From a virus (Duplodnaviria > Caudoviricetes): DNA of 25,741 bases. The translations under genes were made by a program, and so were the position numbers. Numbering within the stretch: position 1 is the stretch's first letter; every line of letters starts with the position of its first letter. Positions 14,687 through 25,159 of the stretch are shown one piece after another. The notes under the pieces were generated by a model. The model was not told the origin of the DNA, did no database searches, and saw nothing but the letters and a program-made list of their open reading frames with translations. The stretch covers positions 1 to 25,741 of the IMG/VR virus record IMGVR_UViG_3300005077_000097; one strand, 5' to 3'.

Positions 14687-17212
14687 ATGTCGAATCCATT
14701 TGGACTTAAAAAAATGGGGAAGGCCGAACGGGAGTTTTTAAAACAAGCTGCCCTTGAGAGGTTTGACTTCTTTAATGCGGCCTTCCTCGACACTGTACTC
14801 AGGGATTTTCATCAAAAGTGGTTTGAATTTCAATATACTAATACTCGTACACTAGTTTTAGGACCTCGTGCGAGTTGGAAATGCGTCGATTCAGAAACCT
14901 TAATCCCCACTTTAGATGGCTTGAAATACATTCATGAACTCTCCCCGGTCTCTCCTAATGGGCTGCCCTTCACTGAGAAAATTACCCAGCAGGCCTTCTC
15001 TTGTCTTGGTGTTACTGATGTTTCCCAAATCTATTGTAATGGCTATGATAAAGCCTTTACAGTAGAAACTGAAGATGGCTTCTCTTTCACATGCTCCGCG
15101 GAGCATGGATTATTTACTTGGGACAACCACTTCCTTCGATTTTTAGAATTGGGGATGCTCAAGGAGGGGGATCAATTAGTTTTCCGAGGACTGTGGGGAG
15201 TATTTATCGACGACGACAACCCATTCAACATCCCTCGAGATCTTTGGTTTACAGCTCTAGCCTTCTTCTATGCCACATACCCTGATCGTTGGGGTATCAT
15301 TTGGAGGCAGCAAAAAGCTCGCCGTACAATTTCTAGACTCTTCCGAAAGTATTTTGATCATACTAGTTGGGGCGCCCTGCCTCCTAAATTTGAAGAGTAT
15401 TTGGTTTCAAGAGGGTTTGGAAACTCTCATTTATTACCCGCTCCATTAAGAAAATGTTCTTACGGAGCCTCAAAGATTATTGCTAAAACATTTTGGTGGT
15501 TTAATCAGCATGTTAAATTTAGTGTAGATCAAGCTAAAGAGGTTCAAACCTGGTTTTTAAATCTGGGTCTTCCATTACGTAGAATCGGGGCTACTCTTAT
15601 GCATAAGAGTCCTGACCTTCGAAATCATTTCAAAGACGTGCTCAATGCTCCCGACGATACATTTTATATGCTAAGATTTGCATCGCATCAGATTGAAAAT
15701 TACGCAGATTTAGTATTCTTAGAGCTGAATAATAGCGCTTTTACACCTCCAATTATTAAACTGCAAGCAAAAGAGTATCTCAAAAAGAAATCCAGTTTTC
15801 AAGGTCGGCCCCAAAAAGCTGAAGAGTTTGTATCCCGATTCCTGCAGTATGCACCGAACGTTAAGCGCTTTGCTTTTATGTTCAGATTCCCATTCTTTCT
15901 TCAGAAGATAAAATCCATTACGCCCTGTTATCGCCTTATGATGGATCTAACAACCACTGAAGGGAATTACATCGCTAATGGAGTTATAGGTCACAACTCT
16001 ACCATCCTTGATCGTCATTATGCAATTTGGAGAGCTCTCAAGAATCCAGACATCCGCATTGGCATCATCTCGAAATCCAGTCTTCTGTCATCCAGTTTCG
16101 TTAGTCAAATAAAACACATCTTAGAATCCAATATACGGATTAAGACGATCTGGCCAGAGTTGATTCAACCGGATAAAGCCCCTAAGTGGAATAACAATGA
16201 AGTGACCTTAATTAGGCCCACTAGCTCTGCTGAAGCTACCTTTACTGCTCTTGGGGTTGGTACAACCTTAGCCGGACGTCACTTTGATGTCTTAATTTTT
16301 GATGACGTCGTCGATACCGATTGCCAGGCGTCTCCGATACTGCGGAAAAGAATTTGGGATTGGTTTAGATTTGTCGCTATGCAAACTCTTAGTGTAGCAG
16401 AATATACCCAAGCTCATATAATTGGTACACTTTACCACGTCGATGATTTGTACCACCAGGTACTCCAATTTGAGAGAGAGAATAAGGGTGGTTGGAAGAG
16501 CTTCATCCAACCCGCAATCAATCCCGACGGAACTTCTTTCTGGGAAGACTCCTTTCCACTCACCGAGCTTCAGAATATTGAAGCGACATATGGGACTGAT
16601 GTGTTTAGATTACAATATCAAAACGATCCAGAATTTGGGGGGAGTGGACTTGTGAATTGGGGAGATCTTGAAAATTGCTACTACGAGCCCTCTGATGAAT
16701 CAAATCCCGATAGGCTTGATATCAATATGGGTGTTGATCTAGCAGCTCCAGGAACTGATAAACAAAGCGGCCATAGTTCCTTCGCTGTGGTTACATCTGG
16801 TACTAATCGAGAGACCAATCAAATTTTTGTGCTCGATGCGGTTAAACGTAAAAATTTGAGAATGTCGGACCAGCGGGATATTATTGTCAATCGATACGAA
16901 ATGTATCGCAATGTCTATACAATTCAAATTGAAGCGTATGCGGTGCAATCGTATTTCCATGAATACCTAGCCGAATGTGAAATTCCTCTCCCGGTGTGTA
17001 AGGTGTATACGGCTGGAAGTAAGGAATCACGCCATGAATTTATCTTAACACTATTACAAAATGGACGCCTCAAACTTCGCAAGGATCTACATAGAGAGCT
17101 CGTCGAGGAAATCGTTAATTTCCCTTCTACATCAGCCGACTTGATCGATGCCCTGTACATGTCAATCAAGGGAGTGAATCGAGAACCTCGAATTAGGTTT
17201 TTAAATATGTAG
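14687..17212 (+). CDS. terL: Terminase large subunit, intein-containing
   Basis: Walker A PRASWK|S, GRHFDVLIFDDVV, IGT, LQYQNDP, nuclease GVDLA and DLIDAL. Confidence 0.93.
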   Translation: MSNPFGLKKMGKAEREFLKQAALERFDFFNAAFLDTVLRDFHQKWFEFQYTNTRTLVLGPRASWKCVDSETLIPTLDGLKYIHELSPVSPNGLPFTEKITQQAFSCLGVTDVSQIYCNGYDKAFTVETEDGFSFTCSAEHGLFTWDNHFLRFLELGMLKEGDQLVFRGLWGVFIDDDNPFNIPRDLWFTALAFFYATYPDRWGIIWRQQKARRTISRLFRKYFDHTSWGALPPKFEEYLVSRGFGNSHLLPAPLRKCSYGASKIIAKTFWWFNQHVKFSVDQAKEVQTWFLNLGLPLRRIGATLMHKSPDLRNHFKDVLNAPDDTFYMLRFASHQIENYADLVFLELNNSAFTPPIIKLQAKEYLKKKSSFQGRPQKAEEFVSRFLQYAPNVKRFAFMFRFPFFLQKIKSITPCYRLMMDLTTTEGNYIANGVIGHNSTILDRHYAIWRALKNPDIRIGIISKSSLLSSSFVSQIKHILESNIRIKTIWPELIQPDKAPKWNNNEVTLIRPTSSAEATFTALGVGTTLAGRHFDVLIFDDVVDTDCQASPILRKRIWDWFRFVAMQTLSVAEYTQAHIIGTLYHVDDLYHQVLQFERENKGGWKSFIQPAINPDGTSFWEDSFPLTELQNIEATYGTDVFRLQYQNDPEFGGSGLVNWGDLENCYYEPSDESNPDRLDINMGVDLAAPGTDKQSGHSSFAVVTSGTNRETNQIFVLDAVKRKNLRMSDQRDIIVNRYEMYRNVYTIQIEAYAVQSYFHEYLAECEIPLPVCKVYTAGSKESRHEFILTLLQNGRLKLRKDLHRELVEEIVNFPSTSADLIDALYMSIKGVNREPRIRFLNM
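14882..15997 (+). mobile_element. Intein (372 aa) with degenerate LAGLIDADG-type insert
   Basis: Starts CVDSETLIPT; block B CSAEHGL; ends MDLTTTEGNYIANGVIGHN followed by Ser. Confidence 0.9.
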
Positions 17213-17291
17213 ATGCCTACAATGTTGTTTCATTAGTAGTGGTCCTTTGACAAATTTCTTTGTGAAGTCTCAGACGTTTGGGGGAGGTCTT

Positions 17292-18692
17292 GTGGGCGCT
17301 TTACTAGATATTGTAAAACATTTACAACCAGTTGAAAAGAGGAGAACTCTTTCACCCGCCGAGGTCTCTGCAGAACAGCAGCGTCTAACGCCGATGGCAA
17401 GAGATCTGCGCTGGGCTTTTTATAATCCTCCCGCAGACTTTCGTATCCTTATGCAAACCTATCTTTCCAATGCATGGGTTTATTCAGCTGTGTATTTAAT
17501 TGCAAGTACCGCATCATCCGTACCCTTTTCCCTGTATACCCGAAAATCTCGTCGCCCTATAGACTCAGAGCATTTCCTGAACGATGTGATTCAACAACCA
17601 AATGATTATATGACCTTTACAGACTTACTTGAAAATACATTCATTTGCTTGGAGCTTGTAGGGAATGCATTTTGGGAATTGGTTTATAATGAACATGGTA
17701 TGATCAGAAATATTTATTTTTTAAACCCCGCCAATATGCGAATACTTCCCGACGAACAAACCTATGTTCGAGGGTATGAATACGTTATGGGCAGTAATGT
17801 TATTAGATATGACCCGCATGAAATTGTTCATTTTAAATATGCCAACCCCTCCAATGAGTATTGGGGGATTGGAAGTGTTCAAGCGATCTGGGATCAGATC
17901 ATTCTTGATGGATTTGCAAAAGATTACAACGCAAGATTTTTCCTTAATGATGCCACTCCGAGTGGCATCATTTCAACTCCTCGCCCCCTCACCGACAATG
18001 CATTCAATAACTTGCAAGCAAGATGGGATCGAAGACATGAAGGTCATAAAAAGGCCTTTAAAGTTGCAGTCCTAGATGATGGAATGAAATTTGACCCCGT
18101 AGCTACTACTCCTCGAGACGCTTCATTTATTGAAATGCGTAAGATTGTTCGAGATGCTCTATATGTAGGAACTGGCGTCCCTCCTGTACTCGCAGGAGTT
18201 CCCGACGTAGCGAATTACTCTACAGCTCGAGTTGCTCAAAGTATTTTCTATGATAGCACTATCGCTCCCAAATTGAGGAAGGTGGGGGATACCATCGATA
18301 AAAAGATTGTTAAACCTCAAGACCCTAATCTTATGGGTGCTTTTGATACTTCAGTTGCTCCAATTAACATAATTAAACTTTCTGCTAACTCTCGAATTGT
18401 GGAGAGGTTGGTTAAAGCCAAACTCGTCACAATGGATGAGGCAAGAGCCCTACTTGGTCTCCCCCCGTTTACCGAAGAAGCCAAGAAACAAAGACGCTCA
18501 AACTCTTCCGGAAACTCTGCTGATGGCAACGCTGCAATGGGAGAAGCGGAAGGTGATGGATTTGCTAGATCGGATGCAGCAGGTGATGGTGGTGATGGCA
18601 GCGGCGGAAGTGGTCCTACTCCTAGTTATACTGGACCTCAAGCGTCGTCGGGTAATACGCAGCAGTCTTCAATAAGTTTCTTTAAGGGGTAG
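17292..18692 (+). CDS. Portal protein (HK97 family)
   Basis: WVYSAVYLIA, QPNDYMT, GNAFW, EIVHFK, FFLNDATPSGII, GVPPVLAG and EARALLGLPP. GTG 17292 follows GGAGG; TTG 17247 is an alternative start. Confidence 0.93.
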   Translation: MGALLDIVKHLQPVEKRRTLSPAEVSAEQQRLTPMARDLRWAFYNPPADFRILMQTYLSNAWVYSAVYLIASTASSVPFSLYTRKSRRPIDSEHFLNDVIQQPNDYMTFTDLLENTFICLELVGNAFWELVYNEHGMIRNIYFLNPANMRILPDEQTYVRGYEYVMGSNVIRYDPHEIVHFKYANPSNEYWGIGSVQAIWDQIILDGFAKDYNARFFLNDATPSGIISTPRPLTDNAFNNLQARWDRRHEGHKKAFKVAVLDDGMKFDPVATTPRDASFIEMRKIVRDALYVGTGVPPVLAGVPDVANYSTARVAQSIFYDSTIAPKLRKVGDTIDKKIVKPQDPNLMGAFDTSVAPINIIKLSANSRIVERLVKAKLVTMDEARALLGLPPFTEEAKKQRRSNSSGNSADGNAAMGEAEGDGFARSDAAGDGGDGSGGSGPTPSYTGPQASSGNTQQSSISFFKG

Positions 18693-18707
18693 GGATAATA
18701 AAAGAGG

Positions 18708-19793
18708 ATGAAGCTCAGTCAAATTAATCCAAACTCTTTACGGGCCGTAAGTGACCGTGAAGTTACCGCTCTTCATTTTCGACTTCATGAATTGGCTGCA
18801 CCTTTCTTGAAGTCGAAACTTTATGACGATGCCCGCTTTCTTAACATTGCCCGAAAACATCGAATCGTCGGTGCTGAAATGATTCGCAGGGGCCTCCGGT
18901 TTAAGATTTCTGATGAACTTGATGAACTCGCCCACCCCGACGTTACCCCTTTCATCGAGGTTTTCGCTAAGTTAATCCCAGAGCGATTGAATGAGTTAAC
19001 AAAGATTGAACTAATCAAGTTGCACAATCAATTGCATTCAGTGTGGGAGATTATCCATGTTTCACATGAGCTGGGAGTTCGTCAACAAGAGCAGCTTTGG
19101 AATTGGCACAAACTTATAATTAACGCCCTTGAACGTCGGGACATTCAACACCCAGAGGGCTGGGATTCATTAGATCGTCCGCTAGGTAATACTCTTGCGG
19201 CTAACAATCGAATCTTCCCTTCAGGCAGTGAGTCTGGACCTTGGGTTTTTGTGGAAGATTTAATCCCGCATATTCCAAGTAGTGTTATCATTGCACCTCA
19301 CATAGTTCTTGTTGATTCGACCCGAAAACTTATTTACCTATCAGATATTGGTGGACGTCAATTAATCAAAGTAATGTATTTCCGCATCTTAAGGCAGTTT
19401 CCTCGAACTATGTGGGATTCTTTTCGAGCCGCGCCTATGGATGAACTTGGCTCGGTAGATTTTTCTTACGATTTGGTTTTAACTAAATTGGATCCAATTT
19501 GGACGATCCAATTGAATCTTCAATTTGCCGACCTGTGCTTAGTCAAACCCTATCTCTATATTGTAGGAGGTTTAGCCAATCGAGGTGCCTCTAAGAATGA
19601 TGTGGATGTACTTCTACGCGCAGGCTGCTCCCCTGAACTTGAGAGAACCGCCTTTTCAAAATTTGTCGAGGCCTTCCCTAGTCAACTTAAGGAAAGATTC
19701 TCGAAGGTTGAAGATTCTGGTTTAGGGCCGTACACCTCATATCTAGGTATTATGTCCCTGGATTTAGTCCATTCAAAGGAGGCGGGTGCATGA
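18708..19793 (+). CDS. His-rich repeat protein with C-terminal nucleotidyltransferase-like motif
   Basis: Two repeats LH.xLH...H...RR....D.LD; C-terminal YIVGGLANRGASKNDVDVL (hG[GS]...DxD). Confidence 0.6.
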   Translation: MKLSQINPNSLRAVSDREVTALHFRLHELAAPFLKSKLYDDARFLNIARKHRIVGAEMIRRGLRFKISDELDELAHPDVTPFIEVFAKLIPERLNELTKIELIKLHNQLHSVWEIIHVSHELGVRQQEQLWNWHKLIINALERRDIQHPEGWDSLDRPLGNTLAANNRIFPSGSESGPWVFVEDLIPHIPSSVIIAPHIVLVDSTRKLIYLSDIGGRQLIKVMYFRILRQFPRTMWDSFRAAPMDELGSVDFSYDLVLTKLDPIWTIQLNLQFADLCLVKPYLYIVGGLANRGASKNDVDVLLRAGCSPELERTAFSKFVEAFPSQLKERFSKVEDSGLGPYTSYLGIMSLDLVHSKEAGA

Positions 19794-22438
19794 AGTCAAC
19801 CGTAAATGCTGACCTTGCAGATGCTAGACATCAAGCGCAAACAGATAAGCTCATGGGCCCGGGCCACTTCTTTTTTCCGTGTAAGACCACCCTCTCAATT
19901 TCTTCGTATCGAGAAGCCGAAGTTTTCTCCATCCAACAACTCTTGGACTATATGCGTGATTGGTCGACCCGCCTTCATGAAAAGTTTGTTCCTGTAGCCA
20001 TCCAAGGAAAATATGATGGCGTCTCATGCTTTCTGCATAGAGACAAGGAAGGCAATTTTTTTGCCTTTACTGAAGATGGGTCTGAAATTTCAAAGCGTGT
20101 CCCATTCTTAATTGACCTTGCTAAAAACCAATTACCTGAAACGGATTGGATTATTCTAGGTGAGTTAGAGAAATGGGTATCAAGAGGTGGTAAAAGGGTT
20201 CATCAGGGTCGAGAGTATATCTCAGGTGAACTCCATCGTGATGGAGACGCTCTTGATAAAAGCTACACTTGGAATATTTATGACTTACTCTGGTATAATG
20301 GTGAGGACATACACGCTCAAACTTACCAAGTGCGGTTTTCCAAACTTTCGGATGAATTTAAAATCAAACAATCTGTGTTGAAAAGCCCCTCCCCCGGCTT
20401 TAATTTAACACCTACTACTACCTGTCTTAATGCTGACCAATTAACAAAAGTAATTAAAGCACTTGACCGTATCCCATCTTTAGAAGGAGCAATGATTAAA
20501 AGATGGGATGGGTTTAAGTATTCTTTGAATGGAAGAACAACTGAGGAATTAAAATTTAAAAAATATGCAGAATGCCATCTCTGGGTTACCGACAAACGAC
20601 TCATCCGAGGCTCAACTAAGACTTATCAGTATAAGGTGGCAGTTGAAGTCCTCACATCGGAGCTTGATGAAGTTAACGTCTCCAAAGTCATCGACTTTGA
20701 AGGAAAGAAAGCAATGGTTATTGCAAAGACGTTTAATACTAACGTTGAAGCGGAAGTTGGAGACGTTGTTACGATTGTTTTCCATAACCTCTTCGCAACA
20801 CGAGACGAAGAAGGTAAACTTACCTTAACTTTATATGAACCAAGAGTTTATGAAAATAGAACACTCGCAAATAAAGGGGAACACCCCGATACTATTACTA
20901 CTTTACTAAAAATTGGAACCGACTCTGAACTTCTTTCTTACAAATATTTAAAACCTGCCGACGATACCATCCCGTTTGAATTAGTTAAACAGTTGAATGT
21001 ATTCATGCAATATCCTAGCGAGGACGAGCAGCATGAATTTATTATTCACAATCATTGGCGTGGGTCTACTGTTCATGGAGATCTTAGAATTCAAAGTGTT
21101 AGAAATCAATTTCTTCTTGGCTATACTTTAAACATCCAAGTGAAAGGTGAGGCCCCCGAAGTTACGACGGTTGAAGAAGCAAAGCGCCAAGTCGATAATA
21201 CTGGTCTTTGGAAGTTCAATGCACATACTGGAGACTTCATGTCTCGTCAGACTCGAGCGGGCACCAAAAAAGCGACTTCGATAGTTGTCGAACTTAAAGA
21301 ACCCGAACCAGTAGAATGGATGACTTTCGAAGGGGTTGCACAATCCGGTGATGTTGGTAGCACCCAAAATTATCCCGGAGTTTTTGTCATTGCAGCAAAA
21401 GGTCAAGCTGAGTACGGTTTTAGAACCGGATACTTCCATGAATACTGGCTACATTGCTCTTCTTGGAAAAATGGTGGACAGCGCCTAGTCTTTAGACAGT
21501 TGGCTTCTGATTTTGATAAAGGGATTTCCATACCTGAATTTTTGAAGTGGGCCTTCAATGTCGATGAAGCTCCTGAAGAATTTATTTACGAGAATGGCTC
21601 ACTCATTTGCTCTTTGGGTGAAGTTCCTTTGCCGGACAACCTTTCTTTTGATTTTGAGAATATTATAAAGGCCGACCTTCCCCCATCAGACCCTCAGGAC
21701 ATTCGTACTCCAACTATGTGGATGATGGTCAAGCCTAATGATGATATACCATACGTTCTATCTCCTCGAGCTGTAAAGAAGGGTCGCATTCCTCCTTATG
21801 GGATTTCAGCTTTGCCTCGATCTTTACGTTTACGTATCCCGAAAGAGTATCAGTATTGGACAATGCGAGAACCTGATCAAGCAAAGGCTGTGAGAGATAA
21901 CCTTGTTGGAGCAATCAAGCGAAGAGATGTAAAACTTGACTTGGCCTCGATTTACAAGAATACTGAAGTCTTTAGTCTTAAGGATGGAATTGAATATTCA
22001 TTCGTTTTAAACAAGCGCACTTGGCGTGGACCTATTGTGATTCGTGTTGGCTATAGTGCAATCATATACGATCTTTGGATTGCTCAAGACAACCACGCCC
22101 TGCTGTTCTCGTTCTCTTCAGATCCTCGTGAAGGAGAGGCAACTGGAACAATGCAGAAACTTAATGATAAGGCTCTCATGTCATTAGTGGGCCCTCAACC
22201 TCCAAAATCTCCCTTAAATCCGAACCTCAAAATTCCAGTCAACATTGAACGACTTCAAGAAGGTAAACTACAATTGTATGACAATACTGAAAGTGTCAAG
22301 AAGTTTTCGGTTAATTCAGATGGCTGGAAGGGAATGTTTTTAATCTCACAGGACGATAATTCTAATATTTGGAGCTTAGAACCAACCGCATCGATTGGAG
22401 ATAAAGAAATGAAACCGGATCCCACTGACGACATGTAG
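19790..22438 (+). CDS. ATP-dependent ligase-like domain fused to a LigD phosphoesterase-like domain
   Basis: Ligase motifs I KYDG, III LGEL, IIIa YDLLWYNGEDI, IV EGAMIK and V LKFKK; then FIIHNHWRGSTVHGDLRI. Confidence 0.75.
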   Translation: MKSTVNADLADARHQAQTDKLMGPGHFFFPCKTTLSISSYREAEVFSIQQLLDYMRDWSTRLHEKFVPVAIQGKYDGVSCFLHRDKEGNFFAFTEDGSEISKRVPFLIDLAKNQLPETDWIILGELEKWVSRGGKRVHQGREYISGELHRDGDALDKSYTWNIYDLLWYNGEDIHAQTYQVRFSKLSDEFKIKQSVLKSPSPGFNLTPTTTCLNADQLTKVIKALDRIPSLEGAMIKRWDGFKYSLNGRTTEELKFKKYAECHLWVTDKRLIRGSTKTYQYKVAVEVLTSELDEVNVSKVIDFEGKKAMVIAKTFNTNVEAEVGDVVTIVFHNLFATRDEEGKLTLTLYEPRVYENRTLANKGEHPDTITTLLKIGTDSELLSYKYLKPADDTIPFELVKQLNVFMQYPSEDEQHEFIIHNHWRGSTVHGDLRIQSVRNQFLLGYTLNIQVKGEAPEVTTVEEAKRQVDNTGLWKFNAHTGDFMSRQTRAGTKKATSIVVELKEPEPVEWMTFEGVAQSGDVGSTQNYPGVFVIAAKGQAEYGFRTGYFHEYWLHCSSWKNGGQRLVFRQLASDFDKGISIPEFLKWAFNVDEAPEEFIYENGSLICSLGEVPLPDNLSFDFENIIKADLPPSDPQDIRTPTMWMMVKPNDDIPYVLSPRAVKKGRIPPYGISALPRSLRLRIPKEYQYWTMREPDQAKAVRDNLVGAIKRRDVKLDLASIYKNTEVFSLKDGIEYSFVLNKRTWRGPIVIRVGYSAIIYDLWIAQDNHALLFSFSSDPREGEATGTMQKLNDKALMSLVGPQPPKSPLNPNLKIPVNIERLQEGKLQLYDNTESVKKFSVNSDGWKGMFLISQDDNSNIWSLEPTASIGDKEMKPDPTDDM

Positions 22439-22506
22439 CTGTATGTTACTTTTTTGATCAATTGAGGACAAAATTAAAAACGAGTCTATCTTTGGAGGAC
22501 AGTAAC

Positions 22507-23646
22507 GTGTCAACTGAACCTGCTGAAAAATTAGAAGACATTCAATTCGGGGATGCGTTTTTTGAGATCACTAAAGCTCAAGATACTATAAGTGAAGAGA
22601 GTGGTGAGCTTAAACGTATTGTAACCGGTTATGCGGCTGTTGCGGAAGTCATTGATTCACAGTTCGAAATCATCACCCGAGAGGCCTTAGAGAGTGCCGC
22701 GAAAGATTTGCTTTCGTACACTACTGTACTGTATAATCATGACCCCGACCGCCCGATTGGTAGAGTACTTGAAGCGAAACCACAAGGAAATGGACTTTTT
22801 GTGAAGGTTCAAATTTCCACAACGGAAGACGAGATTTGGAATAAGATTACCGAAGGTATCATCTCCAAGTTCAGTTTCCGGGGCGTAGTTACTGACTACG
22901 CCGAAAAGTATGAAAAGAGCTTAGACCGGTACATCACTGAAATTAAAAGTTTCCGCATCTTCGAGATTTCTCTTGTCTCGGTCCCCGCTAATCCTGAAGC
23001 AAAGACGTTACACCACTATCTTTCCAAAGCCTTAGAACATATAAAGAAGGAATCTCAGACTGCTCAGGTAACTCCCGAGAAGACTGATGAAACTCCAAAT
23101 ACAGGAGGGCCTAAACACACTATGGACCAACAAATCATAGTTAAGTCCGCCGAACGGATGAAACTCATTGCAAGTCTTTGTGATAAATTGGCCGCCGCCC
23201 TCCAGGATATGCCACAGGTCGACGCTCGCTTGCTCGCTCTCGTAAAGAAAATCAAAGCCGAGGCCCAAGCTGAGATGGGCGCTGAGGAAAAGTACCCTGC
23301 TCCTCAGCCTGCTGAAAGTGATATGGATATTACTAGCTACGATCCTGTTATGGAAGGCGTGAAAAGCCGTATGGCTGGCCTTGAAGATAAGGTTGCCGCG
23401 GTTGAAAAGAGCCTCGCAGATTTGCCCGCTTCTCTTGCGGAGTCTATTACGGAAACCGTCAAGGGAGTGACTGAAGAGTTAGTAAACGCTAGAATCACGG
23501 AACTTGATGCTAAGGTTGAATCTCAATCCGACATCATCAAAAGTTTCGCTGAATTACTTGATACTTTAAGACCTTCCCTCGGTCTTCCGGATGGCCAACC
23601 CATCGAAAAGACTGAGGACCAAAATCCACAAGGGGGTGAAACCTAA
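22507..23646 (+). CDS. HK97-type prohead protease with C-terminal scaffold-like coiled coil
   Basis: VTGYAA, LYNHD..PIG, FSFRG and EISLVSVPANPEA; GGAGG before GTG 22507. Confidence 0.9.
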   Translation: MSTEPAEKLEDIQFGDAFFEITKAQDTISEESGELKRIVTGYAAVAEVIDSQFEIITREALESAAKDLLSYTTVLYNHDPDRPIGRVLEAKPQGNGLFVKVQISTTEDEIWNKITEGIISKFSFRGVVTDYAEKYEKSLDRYITEIKSFRIFEISLVSVPANPEAKTLHHYLSKALEHIKKESQTAQVTPEKTDETPNTGGPKHTMDQQIIVKSAERMKLIASLCDKLAAALQDMPQVDARLLALVKKIKAEAQAEMGAEEKYPAPQPAESDMDITSYDPVMEGVKSRMAGLEDKVAAVEKSLADLPASLAESITETVKGVTEELVNARITELDAKVESQSDIIKSFAELLDTLRPSLGLPDGQPIEKTEDQNPQGGET

Positions 23647-25028
23647 TGGCTAATGAAAATCTTGAAAGGGCAAAACAACTGATTAGCCAGCTGGTTAGTG
23701 ATTACTCCACCAAACAAGAGCAAGATAAAGTTGAGAAACTGCTCGGTGATGTAATGCACGAACTAAAAAAGGCGAGCCCCGGTGAGCGGAAGGGTCGTTT
23801 TGATACTAAGGACGCTCAAGAAGTTATTAAGAGTGCTTCCAACCAAAATGCCGGTATTAAAGCGATGTTGGAATTCCCAACTAACGACCCCGTCGTAAAA
23901 TCTTTCCAGCAACTGAACGACGACGTCTATCTTCTGTCTCAAATGTTGAATACCCGGCCTGAAGATTTGCAGCTATACAAACAACTGCAAACACATCCTT
24001 TGATAAAATCTGACGACCATTTTGATACCACTGGTCGTGCCACCACTCCTTACACTGGCTCTCAAGCCTATGGTGGTGACTGGATTCCTCTCGGCTTTTC
24101 TTCAGACCTCATCGACATTATCCGGCTCGAGCTTAAAGTTGCTGCTTTGCATCGTCGTATCAATATGCCGACCCCTCAGTATAAAATGCCGGTTGTCGGT
24201 GCGGATATGACCGCCTACCTAGTATCAGAAACTGTTGATTCTACTTCAATGAATGCGCCAACCGCTACCCGTCCATCTACTGGTACTGCTGTAACGTTGG
24301 ACGCTACCAAGATTGGTTCAATGGTTTACTTCTCTGAAGAAATCACTGAGGATAGCTTGATCCCCGTTATTCCTTACTTGAAAGAAAGTATGGCTCGGGC
24401 AATGGCTAACGCTCAAGAGAATGCCGTTATTAATGGCCAGAAAACTGGTGCTATTGATAGCGGCGCTGCAGGTACTGATGTGCGGATGGCTTGGGATGGT
24501 TATCGTAAATGTGCTCAAGCTGCGGCTAAAGTTAGCCTAGCTGGTTGGACCGCCGGTGGCACTTATTCACAAGCTACTGGCTTGCTTCGTTCAATGCGGG
24601 CGAAGATGGGCAAATATGGTACCGATCCTAAAAATCTTGTTTGGATCACTAGCATTGCTGGATATCACCAGATGCTGGGCATCGCCGAAGTTTTGAAGCT
24701 TAACGAATACGGCCCCAACGCCACCATTTTGAGTGGCGAGCTTGGCAAATTTGATGGTATCCCCATCATCGTTTCCGAATTCGTTGCCAGCAACCTAAAT
24801 GGTTCTGGTGTTTATGATGGTGTGACGACCAATAGTTCAATCATCGCTCTCGTCCATACTCCTTCCTGGGTGTTTGGTGATCGGCGTGCTATTTCCGTCA
24901 AAACCAAAGATAATCCGGAATATGACAACCATTTGCTTGTGTGTCACCAGAGACTTGACTTCAAGCCTCTGTATGCCGTTGCGTCGAACTACCTAGTATC
25001 TATCGGCTACGCTCTTCCCAACATGTAA
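23646..25028 (+). CDS. Major capsid protein (HK97 fold)
   Basis: GGDWIP, FSEEITEDS, ENAVING and GKFDGIPIIVSEF; follows the protease and precedes a terminator. Confidence 0.92.
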   Translation: MANENLERAKQLISQLVSDYSTKQEQDKVEKLLGDVMHELKKASPGERKGRFDTKDAQEVIKSASNQNAGIKAMLEFPTNDPVVKSFQQLNDDVYLLSQMLNTRPEDLQLYKQLQTHPLIKSDDHFDTTGRATTPYTGSQAYGGDWIPLGFSSDLIDIIRLELKVAALHRRINMPTPQYKMPVVGADMTAYLVSETVDSTSMNAPTATRPSTGTAVTLDATKIGSMVYFSEEITEDSLIPVIPYLKESMARAMANAQENAVINGQKTGAIDSGAAGTDVRMAWDGYRKCAQAAAKVSLAGWTAGGTYSQATGLLRSMRAKMGKYGTDPKNLVWITSIAGYHQMLGIAEVLKLNEYGPNATILSGELGKFDGIPIIVSEFVASNLNGSGVYDGVTTNSSIIALVHTPSWVFGDRRAISVKTKDNPEYDNHLLVCHQRLDFKPLYAVASNYLVSIGYALPNM

Positions 25029-25057
25029 TTAAGTTAACCTCCCAACGTAACTTTAAC

Positions 25058-25083
25058 TGGGGAGCTTCGGCTCCCCATTTTAT
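25058..25083 (+). terminator. Rho-independent terminator
   Basis: TGGGGAGC-TTCG-GCTCCCCA followed by a T tract. Confidence 0.88.
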
Positions 25084-25159
25084 TTGTTCCCCTCTTTTTG
25101 TATTCCTTTCAAATTGTTGGTAGGGTCTTGCATTAAATCTGCAAAGAGGTTAACCTATA

